From the NCBI GenBank assembly GCA_002269645.1, contig NIVC01000247.1:372001-436000 (forward strand): 64,000 nucleotides of DNA, written 5' to 3'. Position 1 is the first letter of the stretch, and each line of letters starts with the position of its first letter. Origin of the DNA: Macrostomum lignano (taxonomy: Eukaryota). A program made the translations under genes and the position numbers. Positions 61,502 through 64,000 of this stretch are shown here, piece after piece. Under the pieces are notes generated by a model that saw only the letters and a list, made by a program, of their open reading frames with translations, was not told the DNA's origin and did not search any database.

Positions 61502-62241
61502 GTATTATTTAAGTGCATCGATTTTTGCTAGTAAATTATAATTATGACCCTTTCAAGCCTTTGTAAAATAAAGCATAGATTAAACTATTCAAACCTAATA
61601 GCCTGTATGACTTATGCTAGTATTATGAACATTTTGTAGACTAAGCCTATGTTATATAGATTTTGTTTTAGATTTGTCTTATTTAATAATTTTGATTATT
61701 TAACAATGAAGTCTCTTCTTAACTCTTAAGCCAATATTAAGTGTTCTCTAATGCCAATGGCTCTAACCAAAGTTGTCATATTCTTTATTGAATTATCTAT
61801 GGGTTATAAAGAAAACAAATAGTTTGCTGGACAATTTTACTAAATTGTCATATTGTGTTGCATTGGTTATGCAAGGATCTTCAACTCATAGTGGCAACCT
61901 TCCACTTAGATTTCTATAACTATTATTAGTTAAATTGTTTATACACTAGTATAACTGAATAATCAAGGTCAAAATATGAATTAAAGATTGCAGTATAACA
62001 TTTTGAAAATTCTATAATTTGAAGCAAATACATATTTTTAAACTTTGGTCAAGATAATAATTAGTAGCTAATATGATTCTATAATCATATCATCTGTATA
62101 CTCAAAGTCTTGAATGACAACTCTTGACTAACATTCTTTATGCAATGTTATATACTTGTCATGCTTTTGGCACTGCCACCTTTCAATGGCAATATAACAT
62201 GTAGTACTGCCCTGCTCTTCAACTTTATAACATAATATGAC

Positions 62242-62512
62242 CAGGGGCGTAGCGGGGGGGGGGTATCGGTATATCGGCCGATACCCCCAAATTTCCAAAG
62301 CAACATTTTTTTCCTTTTTTTAGTTGCAATTGTGACCAAAGAGAAAGGAAGAGAAAGGTATCCAAATCAAAAGAATAACAATTAACAAACAAATAGAGTA
62401 ATTATATGTATTATGCACTAGAAATACATTAAGGGGATATGTAGATCTCAAGCCCTTGCTTTCTGATAACAGCTAACCGATACCCCCCAAAAAAATCCTG
62501 GCTACGCCCCTG
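62242..62512. mobile_element. 271-bp hAT-type MITE in the NDUFA10 intron
   Basis: Perfect 12-bp TIR CAGGGGCGTAGC/GCTACGCCCCTG and an 8-bp TSD AATATGAC/AATGTGAC (7 of 8 match). Confidence 0.8.
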
Positions 62513-63761
62513 AATGTGACATTTTAAATTTTGAAAATGTGACAGATAGCTAGCCATCTGCTATTTGTTAAATTATTCTAATATAGATTTTCAAGTTGCA
62601 TCCAATGAGCAGAAACAAGGCTGTATATATGCTTAGTTTGAGTAAGGTACAAATTTATATATTTATGATATGCAAAAAGGTAGCAATTATACTACAAATT
62701 GATATAACCAAAGTATATTAGGTTTTTTGCTGGCATTAAAATGCAAAATTGTATCCAAGGCCCAATTTAAGAATGCAATCTGGAAAGTCAAGATAATACA
62801 TGATATCCCCAATGCACAAAAAATAAAATTAAATACATAGGCTTTAAACCATTGTTGAAGTTATGTTCTAGGGGTAAATGTTCTATCTTGAAAAAGAATC
62901 CCAAAAATCTATCATCAAGTTGTACTAGGGTTTTTTGCTTCTACCCTTAAAAAACTTTTACCCAAATTTGTACCAATGGTTCTAATGTAGTCTAGTAGCA
63001 TTTTCATGTATTTTGGTTTTTATTGATACATTTTGTTTGAACTGCTTGAGATTTAGTTCACAAAACAAGTTAGTTTGATGGTTTTGTTTAACAAAAAATC
63101 CGCCTATGTATAGTTGTTTTCTCCCAAATGTTTATAACAAAAAAGTAATTCCCCAAAATATTTTGTGTTTTTTTTGCATTTTAAAACAAGTTTTGATTTT
63201 TTTTAAACAAAAAATATTTAGCCTCTTGCATAAGTTCAATTTAGTACAAATAATTTTGTTTTTTAATACAATAGTTGAATAGCACTACCTTAATCAATAT
63301 ACCAAAGAAAAAAGAGCAATTAGATTATAAGCCACATATCAATGCTAGTGAAGTTTTGGGCTAGTAAACAATTTAAAATTTTTTATCTTTTAAAAGGGGC
63401 CTATTTAGGTTTAGGTATATCTAGAACTCATTCTTCATGTTTTCTGATATTAGACTGTCTTTTTAGATTGTTTTTTAGTCTATGCTTGTAAGTTATCAAT
63501 CTGTACCACTTTTTTTCAAGGCTCTTTGATTTTTAAAGTCAACTGTGTTTTAGTGATTACATCAAATATACCAACATCCTTTAAACTGCTAAGCCTTTCT
63601 GATCCCCAGATGTTTTAGATGTCTGCAGATTCAATGTTAACAGATTACTTAAATTAAAAAATTGAGTGTAAAGCGTGAATCAAAATTGATATATCATGAC
63701 ACATGGTATGACACAAACCCATCTGACTTCAATGCTGATCATTTTTGCCCCCCCCCATCAG

Positions 63762-64000
63762 GCCAAGGCTTTGTGATGAACCGCAGTCCATTCGCCACGT
63801 ACGTTTTTGCCCGAGCCATGGCCGAGTGCGGCCTTCTGTCCAGCGATGCCCGAGACTGGCTGCAGTACTATGACAAGCACGTGAGCTCTGTACTGTTCCG
63901 GCCGCACCTGATTGTCTACCTGCGCTCCCCAGTTTCACTCAGTAGGCGCAATCTGGATAAGCGTGCCGTGCCCTGGGAGTCTGGCATCACTGACAAGTTC
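63762..64000 (+). CDS. NDUFA10: NDUFA10 exon 2 (runs off the right edge)
   Basis: Acceptor CCCCATCAG|GC gives (G)QGFVMNRSPFATYVFARAM...PHLIVYLRSPV, matching NDUFA10 TGQGVVLERS...PHLVIY. It is not in the ORF track. Confidence 0.88.

Overview
This is eukaryotic (animal) genomic DNA with GT-AG introns and very dense minisatellites and MITEs. The repeat load and gene style resemble a repeat-rich invertebrate such as a macrostomid flatworm; that is inference only. Eight protein-coding genes can be reconstructed by hand with phase-consistent splice sites: (1) a CELF3-6-type RNA-binding gene (-; exons 15510-15720 and 482-564, running off the left edge) whose 14.9-kb first intron holds about nine different tandem arrays; (2) a four-exon TBATA/SPATIAL-like gene (-; 18905-24891); (3) an intronless, secreted Tyr/Gly/Asp/Lys-repeat gene resembling flatworm eggshell proteins, nested on the same strand in TBATA intron 2 (21042-22067); (4) RASEF/Rab45 (+; 29832-34851); (5) an unrecognised ~824-aa protein with a novel MRxGxExWHEKQ repeat and a KAEV-rich region (+; 39036-42888); (6) PDE12 (+; 49195-53194), each of whose three introns is filled by its own satellite; (7) an orphan MGCxxS dual-acylation-motif protein (-; 54970-57234); (8) NDUFA10 (+; 61000 to the right edge). 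Mobile DNA comprises hAT- and Harbinger-type MITEs, a mariner remnant, LINE 3' ends, a Helitron-like element and a double-hairpin foldback. I found no rRNA, tRNA or CRISPR. Most long ORFs in the supplied track are artefacts of tandem repeats or antisense shadows of real genes. All coordinates and copy numbers were counted by eye.
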